Of a DNA stretch of 64,000 bases, positions 19,267 to 30,779 are shown in pieces. Both the position numbers and the translations under genes were made by a program. Source of the DNA: Candidatus Poribacteria bacterium (lineage in GTDB: Bacteria; Poribacteria; WGA-4E; WGA-3G); assembly GCA_965205025.1 (NCBI GenBank), contig CBDBFU010000015.1:128001-192000 (forward strand), in the 5' to 3' direction. Positions within the stretch are counted from its first letter, which is position 1. Each line of letters begins with the position of its first letter. The notes beneath the pieces are model-generated. The model worked only from the letters and a program-made list of their open reading frames with translations, did no database searches and had not been told where the DNA came from.

Positions 19267-20624
19267 AATTTCTTCTGGGTAAATCAATTTTACTTCTATT
19301 CTGTATCTTTATACCAATTACTTCATTCACTGAAATCCCTATCTCTATAGTAGAGGATGGTCAACTCTTTCCATCTGCGGTGAGTGATGGTTCAGGTGGT
19401 GCTGTCATTATGTGGGAAGATTATCGAACTGGGAATGATTGGGATGTGTATGCACAACGCATTAATCAGGAGAACACTTTACTATGGAATCAGAACGGTG
19501 TAACTATATCAGTAGCAGATAGAAACCAAAGACGATTACGAATAGTCGGTTATGATACACATGCAATAGTTGTATGGAACGACAGAAGAAGGATTCGTAG
19601 TTGGGATATTTTTGCACAAGCAATAGATCTTGAAGGTAAGGTATTATGGGAAGTTGATGGTATACCAATTTGTATAGACGACACTGATCAATCAACCCAA
19701 GCGATTCTGGCTGATGGTGAAGGGGGTGCAATAGTTGTATGGGAAGATGAACGACGAAGCTCAGAATTTCAAGATCTTTACATACAACGGGTTGATTCAC
19801 AAGGGAAAATATTATGGAAGAAAGATGGTATTCCTGTATTCAAATCAGAATCCTCACAGAGTGAACCTATCTTAGCTGCTGATGGATTAGGTGGATTTTA
19901 TATTATATGGTGGGATGTAATTGGCTACGATACTTGGCACATTATGGCACATAGATACCATCTTGATGGTACTCCTATATGGGATTCTCCATTACTCATT
20001 ACACCATCTGAAGGAATGCAAGGTATACCTCGTGTAGTCTCAGATAATGAAAATGGTATCATAATTGTTTGGCAGATTTACGAGAATTTTATTAATGACC
20101 AAATTTACGCACAACGAATAAACCCAGATGGTAAAAAACTATGGAAAGAAGATGGCATCTCAATATGCATTGATGATGGTATACAGAAAAACCATTCAAT
20201 TGTTGAAGACGGTAGTGGTGGAGCGATTGTTGTATGGCGGGATGAAAGGGATATTTATGCGGATCTATACATGCAGCGAATTAGTTCGGATGGAAAAGTA
20301 CTATGGCAAGAGAATGGTATTCCACTATGTACTGCAGGTGGACATCAAGATAGACCTTTCATCGTAAATTTAGAAGATGATAAGTTCTTTATCTCATGGG
20401 TAGATTTTCGTGGTGATGTAGGAGAGAAAACTGTCAATGCTATATACTGTCAGAAGATTGATATTCATGGTAAGTTATACTGGCAAAAGGAAGGTGTTCC
20501 TGTTTCTACAAGTAAAGGAGAACATTATCCACCGTTCGTTGTTTCTGTTAGTCATGGTGAGTGTATAGTGGTCTGGAGTAATAGTGGAAGAGATAATGGG
20601 GATATCTTCTTAAGACGGTTTTAA
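19236..20624 (+). CDS. Secreted repeat (beta-propeller-like) protein
   Basis: Signal peptide; ~7 repeats DG.GGAIVVW.D.R...DIYAQRI...G..LW..DG. Confidence 0.8.
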   Translation: MDSQNIRQRLKFLLGKSILLLFCIFIPITSFTEIPISIVEDGQLFPSAVSDGSGGAVIMWEDYRTGNDWDVYAQRINQENTLLWNQNGVTISVADRNQRRLRIVGYDTHAIVVWNDRRRIRSWDIFAQAIDLEGKVLWEVDGIPICIDDTDQSTQAILADGEGGAIVVWEDERRSSEFQDLYIQRVDSQGKILWKKDGIPVFKSESSQSEPILAADGLGGFYIIWWDVIGYDTWHIMAHRYHLDGTPIWDSPLLITPSEGMQGIPRVVSDNENGIIIVWQIYENFINDQIYAQRINPDGKKLWKEDGISICIDDGIQKNHSIVEDGSGGAIVVWRDERDIYADLYMQRISSDGKVLWQENGIPLCTAGGHQDRPFIVNLEDDKFFISWVDFRGDVGEKTVNAIYCQKIDIHGKLYWQKEGVPVSTSKGEHYPPFVVSVSHGECIVVWSNSGRDNGDIFLRRF

Positions 20625-20648
20625 GACAAACGATCAATTCTATAACAC

Positions 20649-22575
20649 TTATAGGTTTTCTACTTCATCCTCGACTCTATTCATCTCAATTAAATGCGCG
20701 CCTTCCAAGCCAGAACGGACTTCCTCGTCATAACTTGTCACAATTACTTGAAATTCTTTACCAAGCTGCTGAATAAAATCTACCATCATCCTTTTTCGTT
20801 CATCATCAAGATGCAATGTTGGATCATCAAATACAAAAAAAACCTGTATTACCTAACACTTTTGCCAAAGCTACCTTAAAACATAGATAAAGAAACATCT
20901 TCTCACTACCACTTAAAAGCATCAAACTTCTCTCTTCACCATTGATATTCACAGACGGAAGTAAATGTTGCTTAAGTAAATCAATTCGTGTTTGCCCAAA
21001 AAGTTCCATCTGATTTATCCAGTTGTGCAATTCCTCTTCAGCAGGCTTCATGATTTGTTGTTGCAGGGTCTCAATTGTCTTATCAACACCATTACAAGCG
21101 AGTTCAACACAGAGTAGTGCATTTTCAGCTTTTTCTGCCTGTAAATTCACTTCCTGAAGTTGTTTCAACCTATCTGCCTGAACTGCTTCGTCCTGCTTGA
21201 TTTTTTGAAGTCTTCTTCTTTCATTATCAAGTTCTCTTTTTAATTGATTTTTATCCATGTTAACTGTCAAAGTATTATTTGAATGAACATCAATTTCCAT
21301 ATTCTCCGATTCTTCAGATATTCCTCTCTCAGATAACCGTGTTGAAACTGTGGTTAACTCACTCTCTACCTTAGATTTCTCTTGTTCCAGTTGATCTAAT
21401 CTGGTAAAATTTGTACGTATGGTCTGTAACCTTTGTTCAAGTTCCTGACGACTGTTTAGAGATGCATTCTTATCCTCTAAAGTTCTCTTATATCCCTCTA
21501 ATTCCGTAGATAGTTTTTTTTGTTCGTTCTCTTTTTCTTCCACAATCTGTTGTACCACTTCTCTTTCAACTTCCTGGTGACATGTAGGACAATGTCCATC
21601 GTTCTTTTCAAGTAAGAGCTTTAAATTATCACATACTTTGGATAAAGCAGTAATCTGTGATTCGATACTCCCAATTTTCTGCATTAACTGGTCCCGTTCG
21701 GATTCAATACCGATATTGTCTTTAATAGCTTTTTCGATGTTTCCGATCATTTCACTCATCTGAGATTTGTTTTCAAAACCAGTCAATTTCTCAGATTGTT
21801 CCTGTTTAATTAATTGTAACTGTGATTTCAATTGTTTCTGACTTTTCTTCCATTCTGCGAGTAGTTCTACATCACCTGTATCAATGGTGTATGCTGCTTC
21901 GAGTTCCTTTATTCTCTTTTCAATTTTCTCAATCTCAGCTTTACTATTTTTCTGTTCAGTGAATCTTAGACTATTCTGATGTGAGTCAATCCTGGACTTT
22001 TCACGTTTTGCAAGTCGTCGAGTTTCAATAAAGCATTCTCTAACATCTATCAGTTGATCAATACCTAAAAGAGTATAAAGAATATCACGGCGGGTTGCAG
22101 GTTGTCTTACAAGAAATTCGTTAATCTCACCTTCCCGCAAAAAGGTTGTTAATGCGAATCGTTCGCGCAGAAAACCGAAGCGTTGTTTTAAGTCAGCTTC
22201 TGTTACTGCCACACGTTCTTCATCAAGAAGTATTTTCCATTTTCCATCTATTTGTTCCCTGAGCTGACACCGTCTCCGTGTACCACGGAATAGCATATAT
22301 CTCTTATTGTCAACAACGAATTGAAGACCAGCTGTTCCACTACTCGATTTAGGGGTTCGCATATTTTTAATGTCAACACGTGGTACTATAGCCTGACCCG
22401 TCAATGAAAAAAAGATCGCATTAACCAGTGTACTTTTTCCACTGAAATTCGGTCCAAAGATGAGATTAACACCGTCTGATAGATTATAATCTTGCTGTTT
22501 TAAACAACCAAAATTTCTGAGACGGAGTAGTTCTAACTTCATATTAGTCTTTTCTATTTTTCTGAAAACCATCAT
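20649..22575 (-). CDS. Rad50/SbcC-like SMC ATPase; +1 indel in A8 run at 20835-20842
   Basis: Walker A GPNFSGKST, CPTC zinc hook, LSGSE signature; removing one base restores Walker B FFVFDDPTLHLD to stop at 20649. Confidence 0.85.
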
Positions 22576-22750
22576 AGAGCATCTGTGCTCTTACATTCTT
22601 CTTACCGTTTGTCAGTGTATAATCAAATGCATCAACTATAGCTTGAATTTCATCTGGTCCCAGTGAAATATACTTAGAATCTTTTTCGATTAAAGCCTCT
22701 ATCTCTGCTTTAAAAATCTCACGGGTTTCCTTATCAATTACATTATCCAT
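22544..22750 (-). CDS. Small hypothetical protein
   Basis: 68-aa ORF in operon directly before SMC gene. Confidence 0.5.
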   Translation of the reverse strand: MDNVIDKETREIFKAEIEALIEKDSKYISLGPDEIQAIVDAFDYTLTNGKKNVRAQMLYDGFQKNRKD

Positions 22751-22791
22751 GTTACTATACCTAAAAATTAGATTATCCTATTGATTGTAAT

Positions 22792-23985
22792 TCAGAGTTT
22801 AGATTGTATTCGCATTAACCGTTCACCAGCCTGTTCTAATATATCTTTATTCAAACTAAACATAAAACGAAATTTCGTCTGACCAAGTTCAGAACGACTA
22901 TAGAAACTTGAACCTGGGACACCACCCACCCCTATTTCCTTTACCAACCAATGGGCAAAAGCGGTATCATCAGGAAAACCAAAATCTGAAATATCTGTCA
23001 TTATATAATATGCACCTTCAGGAGAGAAGCAACTAAAACCTGACTCTGTTAGGGTAGTTAATAGCTGTTGACGATTCTTATCGTACTTTAGTACCAATTC
23101 CTCATAATAACTGGTGGGTAAATTTAAGGCTGCAATACCTGCTCGTTGTAAAGGGTGTGGCGCTCCCACCGTCAAGAAATCGTGCATTTTGCGGATGGCA
23201 TCTGTTAAGGTCTCAGGAGCAACAACATAGCCAAGTCTCCATCCGGTCATAGAATATGTCTTACTTAGTCCAGATATCGTAATTGTCCTGTCTTGCATCT
23301 GAGGGAAGCAACCAATACTAATATGTGGTTTGTTATCATAGATCATATGTTCATAGATTTCATCTGTAACTGCGATACAGTCATATTCACAACATAGATC
23401 AGCAATCTCTTGAAGTTCCTCTTGTGTAAATACTTTTCCTAACGGGTTATTTGGCGTATTGATTATGATTGCTTTTGTTTTAGGAGAAAAGGCATTCCTA
23501 AGTTCTGTAGAATCGTATGTGAACTGCACTTTTCCGTCTATAGATTGTGATTCTACTAAGGCAACATACACCGGTTTTGCTCCTGATATAATGGTGTCTG
23601 GACCGTAATTCTCATAGAACGGTTCAAAAATGATAACTTCATCACCAGGATTAATAATTGCAAGCAGCGATGATAACATTCCTTCAGTTGAACCACATGT
23701 AACTGTAACGTTCTTGGTAGAATCTGTAGGAATATTGTTAAATGTCGTCATTTTATGTGCAATTACATCACGAAAATCCGGAGCTCCCCATGTGATACTG
23801 TATTGGTTATATCCTTCTTGTATAGCTTCAATTGCTGCATATTTTACTTCATCTGGAGGTTGATACGCAGGTGTCCCTTGAGACAGGTTAATGGCATTAT
23901 GCTGCAAACATAACTGTGTCATACCACGAATAACAGATTCAGTGAAACGGGTGGATTTATTGGATAATTTTGAGTGGAGGGACAT
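22792..23985 (-). CDS. PLP-dependent class I/II aminotransferase
   Basis: INLSQG.P, NTPNNPLG, DEIY, SKTYSMTGWRLG. Confidence 0.95.
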   Translation of the reverse strand: MSLHSKLSNKSTRFTESVIRGMTQLCLQHNAINLSQGTPAYQPPDEVKYAAIEAIQEGYNQYSITWGAPDFRDVIAHKMTTFNNIPTDSTKNVTVTCGSTEGMLSSLLAIINPGDEVIIFEPFYENYGPDTIISGAKPVYVALVESQSIDGKVQFTYDSTELRNAFSPKTKAIIINTPNNPLGKVFTQEELQEIADLCCEYDCIAVTDEIYEHMIYDNKPHISIGCFPQMQDRTITISGLSKTYSMTGWRLGYVVAPETLTDAIRKMHDFLTVGAPHPLQRAGIAALNLPTSYYEELVLKYDKNRQQLLTTLTESGFSCFSPEGAYYIMTDISDFGFPDDTAFAHWLVKEIGVGGVPGSSFYSRSELGQTKFRFMFSLNKDILEQAGERLMRIQSKL

Positions 23986-24007
23986 ATATATAGATTATTA
24001 AAGTACT

Positions 24008-24556
24008 TTACAGAATCTTATGACTTAATATGATGCCATCATCAAGAGGGATATCCACAGAGTTTAATATTGGTGAATTAAATACATATTCAATGTAATC
24101 AGGCATATCATTACGCATGGTGATGGTATCATCGGCTACAATTAAACCACCTATACGTATATTGGGTAGAGCCAATTCAAGATACTTCTTATATTCATCT
24201 TTTTCTGCATCTAAAAAAACAAGGTCAAAGGATACATCACATTTTGAGATCTCATTAAGTGCGTTTCCGATTCGAATATCAACGATTCTGTCAAGTCCAA
24301 CTTCAATAAGATGTGACAGTGCCTCTTCAGCACGTTTTGGGTCAAATTCAATTGTAATAAGTTGACCACCTGTCAAGTTTAGCGCAGCAGCAATCCAGAG
24401 AGTAGAATAACCATTACTCGTTCCTACTTCAAGTACATTCTGAGCATTAATGGATTGGATCAGAATTGAGAGAAATTGTCCGTTTTCTGGTGCTATATTT
24501 GTATATTCTGTTGCGGTTTGTTCAAGTCGTTTTAATACAGATTCATACTGATCCAT
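24008..24556 (-). CDS. SAM-dependent O-methyltransferase (family 3)
   Basis: VLEVGTSNGYST, FDLVFLDAEK, GGLIVAD. Confidence 0.9.
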   Translation of the reverse strand: MDQYESVLKRLEQTATEYTNIAPENGQFLSILIQSINAQNVLEVGTSNGYSTLWIAAALNLTGGQLITIEFDPKRAEEALSHLIEVGLDRIVDIRIGNALNEISKCDVSFDLVFLDAEKDEYKKYLELALPNIRIGGLIVADDTITMRNDMPDYIEYVFNSPILNSVDIPLDDGIILSHKIL

Positions 24557-24637
24557 ATTCTACTCCATTATGTTATATCCGATTCTATCACAGCTGAGTA
24601 CATCTGTCAACGATAGACAAACGGGATTCAGCACAGA

Positions 24638-25474
24638 CTATTGGAATAATTTCCAACTACGTCCAGGTTTGTCTACGCGAAACACCTCTACATTGCCTCT
24701 ATCAGCTAAGGTTACATAACAAGTTCTACCATCTGGACCACCAAAAGCAATATTGGTACAACTTTTCCCTGTCAGTTCTACCTCTAATAACTCCTCTCCT
24801 GAAGGTGATAGTTTCGCTATCGTACCTTTTCCATGACGTGTAATATATAGATTCCCTTCAATATCGCAACGCATCCCATCCATACCAAAATCTGGAAATT
24901 GGATTAATAGCGACTTATTGCTAATTTCACCGTCTGATGACAAATCGTATCTCCACACATTTCTTTGTACAGACTCATTTACATATAACACACTTTCATC
25001 TGGACTTACCTCTATTCCATTTGTTGTACCCATATCGGACTCTAATAGTGTTACACTTCCATCTGTATCCACACGCCATATTTGTCCTTTAGACTCTCCC
25101 CAATTAGGATCGCTTGCATATATTATATCATTTGCACCGATTGCCAAATCATTGGGTTGATTCATGGTCGGTTCGTGTGCATGAACTGTAATTTCTCGCG
25201 TATCCATATCCACCTTGAGGACATTATGGTTCGTATAGTCAGCGATAAACATATAACCTTCACTGTTAAATCGTATTCCGTTACCAATACTACCAGGTGG
25301 TAATTCGACAAACACACTTTGTTCCCCATCCGGTGTTACCTTCCCAATAGTATGTTGTCTTTCATAATTCACCGCATATAGATTGCCGTCTGCATCACAG
25401 GCAGGTCCTTCAATTCCAGATGTAAAACCGTTCTCAGGTGTAAATTCACTACTAACAAAAAGCTCTTCGTTCAT
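24638..25474 (-). CDS. SMP-30/gluconolactonase/LRE family protein
   Basis: EGP, NGI, PNDL, DGMRCD.EGNLY, TNIAFGG; start uncertain (25528 or 25474). Confidence 0.9.
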   Translation of the reverse strand: MNEELFVSSEFTPENGFTSGIEGPACDADGNLYAVNYERQHTIGKVTPDGEQSVFVELPPGSIGNGIRFNSEGYMFIADYTNHNVLKVDMDTREITVHAHEPTMNQPNDLAIGANDIIYASDPNWGESKGQIWRVDTDGSVTLLESDMGTTNGIEVSPDESVLYVNESVQRNVWRYDLSSDGEISNKSLLIQFPDFGMDGMRCDIEGNLYITRHGKGTIAKLSPSGEELLEVELTGKSCTNIAFGGPDGRTCYVTLADRGNVEVFRVDKPGRSWKLFQ

Positions 25475-25655
25475 AATTAATTCCTCAGCATTATCTTTTG
25501 ATAGAATTATTTGTGTATATTTTATCATATATATAGATAAGTGTCAGTATTTGAGATTATGAGTGTAAAACTGAATACACATAATTGACATTATCCAGAG
25601 ACTCTGTAATAATGTAATTGTTTTTTGCTAATTTTGACACAAAATTTGGGGAAAT

Positions 25656-26423
25656 ATGTTCGGTGCAATAATTGGTGACATTGTAGGCTCAATTTACGAG
25701 CATAATGTAATAAAAACGAAGGACTTTCCACTTTTTGGTGAGAACAATCGTCTAACAGATGATACAGTCTGTACAGCTGCCGTTGCTGACATCCTGCTTA
25801 ACGATCTTCCTCCAGCTACAACTATGCAGGAATGGTGCCAACGATACCCTGGTGCTGGTTATGGTGGTAATTTTGGGAATTGGATCTATAAGAATCCTCC
25901 TTTACCTTATAATAGTTACGGAAATGGATCGGCGATGCGTGTATCTCCGGCAGCATTTCTAAATCAGGATAATTTGGAGAATGCGTTGAATGCCTCAGAC
26001 AAGGTAACTGAAATAACACATAATCATCCTGAAGGTATGAAGGGTGCACGAGCAACAACCCATGCTATCTGGTTAGCATTTCAAAATGAAAATCCTGATG
26101 CCATCCGAGATATTATTAGTCGTGAATACGGATATGATTTTTCTAAGTCTGTTGATGAGATCCGTCCAGATTACTCATTTGATGTGACTTGTCAAGGTTC
26201 GGTACCACAGGCGATTACATGTGCTTTGGAATCTAATAGTTTTGAAGATGCCATCCGAAATGCAATTTCACTTGGTGGTGATTCTGACACGCTTGCTGCC
26301 ATTGCAGGTCCCATTGCAGAAGCAATGCATCGTATTCCTGAAGAGTATATTGAAAAGGTAAGAATCGATTTCCTATCTAACTCCTCAGACATTTGTGAAA
26401 TTATTGACAGTATTTATCAATAA
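25656..26423 (+). CDS. ADP-ribosylglycohydrolase
   Basis: GAIIGDIVGS, TDDT, GNGSAMR, GGDSDT. Confidence 0.95.
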   Translation: MFGAIIGDIVGSIYEHNVIKTKDFPLFGENNRLTDDTVCTAAVADILLNDLPPATTMQEWCQRYPGAGYGGNFGNWIYKNPPLPYNSYGNGSAMRVSPAAFLNQDNLENALNASDKVTEITHNHPEGMKGARATTHAIWLAFQNENPDAIRDIISREYGYDFSKSVDEIRPDYSFDVTCQGSVPQAITCALESNSFEDAIRNAISLGGDSDTLAAIAGPIAEAMHRIPEEYIEKVRIDFLSNSSDICEIIDSIYQ

Positions 26424-26542
26424 TAACGACTTGTGTTGGTTAACATAATGTAAATCTATCAATTGAAAATGGAATAATATAATTAGAAATTAGATCTCCA
26501 ATCATCTGCAATTCGATCAGAATTAATAAAAACTAAAAAATT

Positions 26543-26577
26543 AAATGCTTCAGTTGATAAACAACTGAAGCATTTTT
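26543..26577. terminator. Terminator between convergent genes
   Basis: AAATGCTTCAGTTG-ATAAA-CAACTGAAGCATTT plus T-run. Confidence 0.8.
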
Positions 26578-26600
26578 ATTTGTGTAATTAGAAATGAGAC

Positions 26601-27368
26601 TTATTTCAAGGATTTCAGACTTCCCCATGTCGTAGAAATCTTATCTTTTGGATCCACAGGGGTAGCATTTGCTCCTAAATCCATCAATACTGCGATATCG
26701 TCTCCACTTAAAGCACGATTCCAAAGACGTACCTCGTCAATCATACCAGCAAACACATTATTCGCTCTATCACAATCTTGGGCAATTCGTAAAGGATCGT
26801 CAATTGACCTTAGTACGCCAGGAACATCACCCTCAGAGACGACTTCAGCATTAACATAGAGTTTTGCCATTTCACCGTCATTCGTAAAGGCTACATGAAG
26901 CCATTCATTAGTTGCTGGTAAATCAGCGTTAATATCGTTTCTTCCACTTTCAGTTTCAAATCGAAGTTTGAATGTGCCACCTTCACTGAATAAACCATAT
27001 TGTGCTCTTCCGCTACAACCACCGTGTACTGATTTTCCAACGATCTGACGTGTTCCATCCCAAGTTTCAGCATTAATCCATGCCATAAAGGTACATTCAT
27101 TAACATTCAGTGCATCAGTACTTTCCACAGTAACCCATGTTCCACTTCCTGCTCCACCAAATTTCAATGCACCACCAATTTTTCCATCAACCCAAGATGG
27201 ATTATCTATTTTCCCATCATGACCGTTGCCACTTAAATCCATTGCAACATCACCAGATCCTTCATCAAAAGAGAAATTTAGGACAAGACCAGCCGAATAA
27301 TCTGCAGATGAAAGTAAAGGGAATAACACAAAAAGGGATAATGTGACTACCATTATAACTCTATTCAT
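26601..27368 (-). CDS. Secreted LamG/ConA-like lectin domain protein
   Basis: FDEG.G....D.SGNG, W.HVA, FAGMIDEVRLWNRALS; C-term VDPKDKISTTWGSLK. Confidence 0.9.
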   Translation of the reverse strand: MNRVIMVVTLSLFVLFPLLSSADYSAGLVLNFSFDEGSGDVAMDLSGNGHDGKIDNPSWVDGKIGGALKFGGAGSGTWVTVESTDALNVNECTFMAWINAETWDGTRQIVGKSVHGGCSGRAQYGLFSEGGTFKLRFETESGRNDINADLPATNEWLHVAFTNDGEMAKLYVNAEVVSEGDVPGVLRSIDDPLRIAQDCDRANNVFAGMIDEVRLWNRALSGDDIAVLMDLGANATPVDPKDKISTTWGSLKSLK

Positions 27369-27594
27369 TTTTAAAACTCCTTTCAGGTCTAAGTTTAAAC
27401 TAATTCTATCTATTTAATTTAAAGTTATCAAGTATAAATAACTAAAGTTCTGAAAAACATGGGTTTCCATCCAGAGATGGATTGCTTCTCAGTTGAGAAC
27501 TTTATGGAAATTCACATTTGTTATGAATTGGAGGACGGATCGTATAGATATAAATCCATCCTAACAAGAGAAATTACTATAACCTCAATAAAAA

Positions 27595-28431
27595 TTATTG
27601 AAACCGCTTAAGGTTTGCCCAAGTTGTTGACAGTTTACCTGAGGGTGAAACAGCAAGTGCATCATTTACCCCTTGGTCCATATAATTACTTATCTCTCTC
27701 TCAGATAGAGCACGATCCCATAAGCGTACTTCGTCAATCATCCCAGCAAAAACATTATTTGCTCTATCACAATCCTGTGCGATTCGCAGTGGATCTTCGT
27801 TGGCTTTTAGTTTACCGGGTACATTCCCTGCTTTTGCTTCTTTACCATCAATATAGATAATACCGTTGGTACCATCGTTAGTAAAGGCAACATGTACCCA
27901 TTTTTTAGTATCCGGTAGATCCATCACGATATCTGATCTTCCGCCTTCAGTCTCAAACCTGAGTTTGAAGGCACCACCCTCACTAAACAAGCCGTATTGA
28001 CCTCTTCCACTACATCCTCCATGGACAGATTTTCCAACAATTTGGCGTGTAGCATTCCAGTGTTCAGCAAAAACCCAAGCCATAAAAGTACATGTATCAA
28101 CATTTAATGCGTCTGTACTTTCAACGGTTACCCATGTACCACTTCCAGCACCGCTAAAATTTAATGCCTTATTAAATTTCCCATCTACCCATTCAGGTTT
28201 ATCTATTTTACCATCATGACCATTTCCGCTTATATCTTCGGCAACATCACCATCACCTTTATCGTAAGAATGATATAAGACTAATCCATCTGTAAATTCT
28301 GCTAATAGAGTGTCTGTAATTGTAAATACAGTAAAGACACACAATAATATCAATATCATTATTTTGTGAACATGTCGATACAATGTGGAACAACAGTAAC
28401 AATTAATCCCAAATTTTGTGATCGATTTCAC
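27595..28431 (-). CDS. Secreted LamG/ConA-like protein, tandem paralog
   Basis: Highly similar to 26601-27368; C-term VSPSGKLSTTWANLK. Confidence 0.9.
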   Translation of the reverse strand: MKSITKFGINCYCCSTLYRHVHKIMILILLCVFTVFTITDTLLAEFTDGLVLYHSYDKGDGDVAEDISGNGHDGKIDKPEWVDGKFNKALNFSGAGSGTWVTVESTDALNVDTCTFMAWVFAEHWNATRQIVGKSVHGGCSGRGQYGLFSEGGAFKLRFETEGGRSDIVMDLPDTKKWVHVAFTNDGTNGIIYIDGKEAKAGNVPGKLKANEDPLRIAQDCDRANNVFAGMIDEVRLWDRALSEREISNYMDQGVNDALAVSPSGKLSTTWANLKRFQ

Positions 28432-28659
28432 GACAAAATACCTCCTTATGTATTAGATAATTTATATTATCAATTTGCAATTAATTTGTCAAGATATATC
28501 TAATATGTAATAGCAACAATTATTTTTTACAACAAATGAATTATTATTGTCTATAAATGTATTTGACATGTTTATGGATTATTAGAATGTGATATGATTA
28601 TTGGTTAATTTGGTTTCTATTCTTTTCAATCTTTGCTTTTGCCCAAGGACAAGTGTTAA

Positions 28660-28805
28660 AGCTTCACAATCTGGAAAGCATCTTACAACATTAGATGGAC
28701 ATGTGGGTGCTATAACAAAAAGTCTGTTTTCTTCTGTTGATGAGATTTTAGCTACTGGTAGGTAGGAGGAATGATACTATACGGATATGGGATATTTCAA
28801 AGTAG
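28660..28805 (+). pseudogene. WD40-repeat gene remnant
   Basis: QSGKHLTTLDGHVGAITKSLFS..EILATG, then NDTIRIWDI after a GGTA duplication. Confidence 0.55.
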
Positions 28806-28821
28806 TATTTCTGTCAATTTA

Positions 28822-30759
28822 TCAAATAAATATCTTATATGTACGTAATCCTGAAAGTGGTCCTATAATTGCCCAGGTACTCCCTATCACATAATCACCC
28901 AAGATGAGACCTAAAAATAGTGGCGCAACCCGACGATGTAATCTTAATCCTCCATGTCGTAGGATCATATATTTTAAAAACCATGCTACGAAGAAAGCAA
29001 ACCAGAAATAATCCATTGCGAAACTAATAGCAAGAGCATAACCGGCTGGATGGAAGGGCCACCACAAGAAATGCATTCGCATATACATCATTACAAATGT
29101 TAACAAAGCCCCAATTCCCATAAATCCAATACCCACCATATTAGGTTCAGTCGGATTATGTAACCATCTTTGAAGTCTACCAAACGATTCTCTGCCAACC
29201 CAACCTTTAAACCCCCCTGCTTTCGCTATTGCCCCGTTTCTAAAGGTGATATCAAGGTTTGCCCAAAATGTTGCAATAATACCCACTACAATTGCTATTA
29301 ACATTGCCATCCATAAACGTCTGTTACTCATACCTGTGGATTCTGCTAACTTAAACGCTTCAATTTGGTTTGGCATCGGATGATTTCTATAACCACGATT
29401 AAACCAATAGAACAGTGACATTATTGTAAGACTACTAGTGTCAAATTGACGTGTTCCACCTACCATAGCCACCATATCATGTGGATTAACAAAATAGATT
29501 TCATGGGGTGTACCAAGCTCAGCACGTACACGTGTAATGGCAAAAGAGAGTAGGAAATATATCCCGAAGAAGATTCCTGCCACCCATAATGCCATACCTG
29601 CGATATTCGAAAAGATACCCAAAGCAATGATGGATCCAATTATACCTAAGACAGCAGTACGATACGGCATCGGTTCATTGGAATCATCCAATTCTGATTT
29701 AAGTCCGATAACTTTTTTAACTACCTCTATCAAATGACGTCGAGTAACCCAAATTGCTAAAAAGAACAGTGCCACCCAGGCACCATAAGCTTGCTCATTT
29801 AATGCAGGGAAATATCGTGTGCCGAGAGCAGCAGCAATCACATATTCTGCTAAGCGTACGACAAAGAAAAACCAACATGAAAATGAGAGATCTAACGGAA
29901 GGAAAAAGGCTAACCCTACTGCAAACGGATATACTGATAATCGTGTTCCACGAATCGCGCTCCATGGTCTGTCTGTAAATATATTTTGGAATGCAGCGGT
30001 ACGTTTGATATAAGGTATTTGAGGAAATTGAGGATAAAGATAATTAATGCCATTGATAACACCTATAGTGACAGCAATTGAAAACCCCACCCACATCATC
30101 CGATTCTTCAGGAGTCGATTACCACCATCCTCTGACAATCTCAAGGGTAATTGTATAATTGGATAAGCCAACTTCTCCTGTTCTGCCCACCGTTTTCGTA
30201 CAAGCGTATTGATGCATAACATCATAAACATCATGATGAGGAAGAACAAACCCCAGAATAGTAATGGTTTTAACCATACGAAGAAGTTGTGCTTTGTATA
30301 GAATGTGGCTTCCCCTTCATAGAATCCTCTTAAGCTCTGCGTATCTGATATGGTTAACCACGATGGTAAATACCGAAAGAATAGTGTTTGCCACTCATTT
30401 TCTTCTGTTGCGAACCGAAAAGGATGCGCGATACTACCAAACATATTCTGCATTGTGTCGTGTCCGGCAAAAGTACACGAAATTGCCACCATGATGTAAA
30501 CTGTTAACAGTTCACCTTGTTGTAGCATTCTTTGGGGGGCAATACGTTTTAAAAATATGTTTGCAACTATACAGACAAACATTATAAAAACAGGCTGGAT
30601 AAATAAAGGGAGACACGATCCATCAAGTGAGTAATATTTCACCTCAACAATCGTCATCCAGTATACATTGACAGGAATGAGTAAAATGCCTAAGAGAAGT
30701 GCACGTCCTGTAACACGGGTGGATGATTTTCTACTTACATGAGTGTTCATAGTATCCAA
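28822..30759 (-). CDS. Polytopic membrane protein, DUF6785/DUF6784-like (putative peptide transporter)
   Basis: Many TMs; W...EKLAYPIIQLP, WWPFHPAGY, P.FLGLILGD. Confidence 0.75.
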   Translation of the reverse strand: MDTMNTHVSRKSSTRVTGRALLLGILLIPVNVYWMTIVEVKYYSLDGSCLPLFIQPVFIMFVCIVANIFLKRIAPQRMLQQGELLTVYIMVAISCTFAGHDTMQNMFGSIAHPFRFATEENEWQTLFFRYLPSWLTISDTQSLRGFYEGEATFYTKHNFFVWLKPLLFWGLFFLIMMFMMLCINTLVRKRWAEQEKLAYPIIQLPLRLSEDGGNRLLKNRMMWVGFSIAVTIGVINGINYLYPQFPQIPYIKRTAAFQNIFTDRPWSAIRGTRLSVYPFAVGLAFFLPLDLSFSCWFFFVVRLAEYVIAAALGTRYFPALNEQAYGAWVALFFLAIWVTRRHLIEVVKKVIGLKSELDDSNEPMPYRTAVLGIIGSIIALGIFSNIAGMALWVAGIFFGIYFLLSFAITRVRAELGTPHEIYFVNPHDMVAMVGGTRQFDTSSLTIMSLFYWFNRGYRNHPMPNQIEAFKLAESTGMSNRRLWMAMLIAIVVGIIATFWANLDITFRNGAIAKAGGFKGWVGRESFGRLQRWLHNPTEPNMVGIGFMGIGALLTFVMMYMRMHFLWWPFHPAGYALAISFAMDYFWFAFFVAWFLKYMILRHGGLRLHRRVAPLFLGLILGDYVIGSTWAIIGPLSGLRTYKIFI

Positions 30760-30779
30760 GATGGATCAGTTGAAAATTG

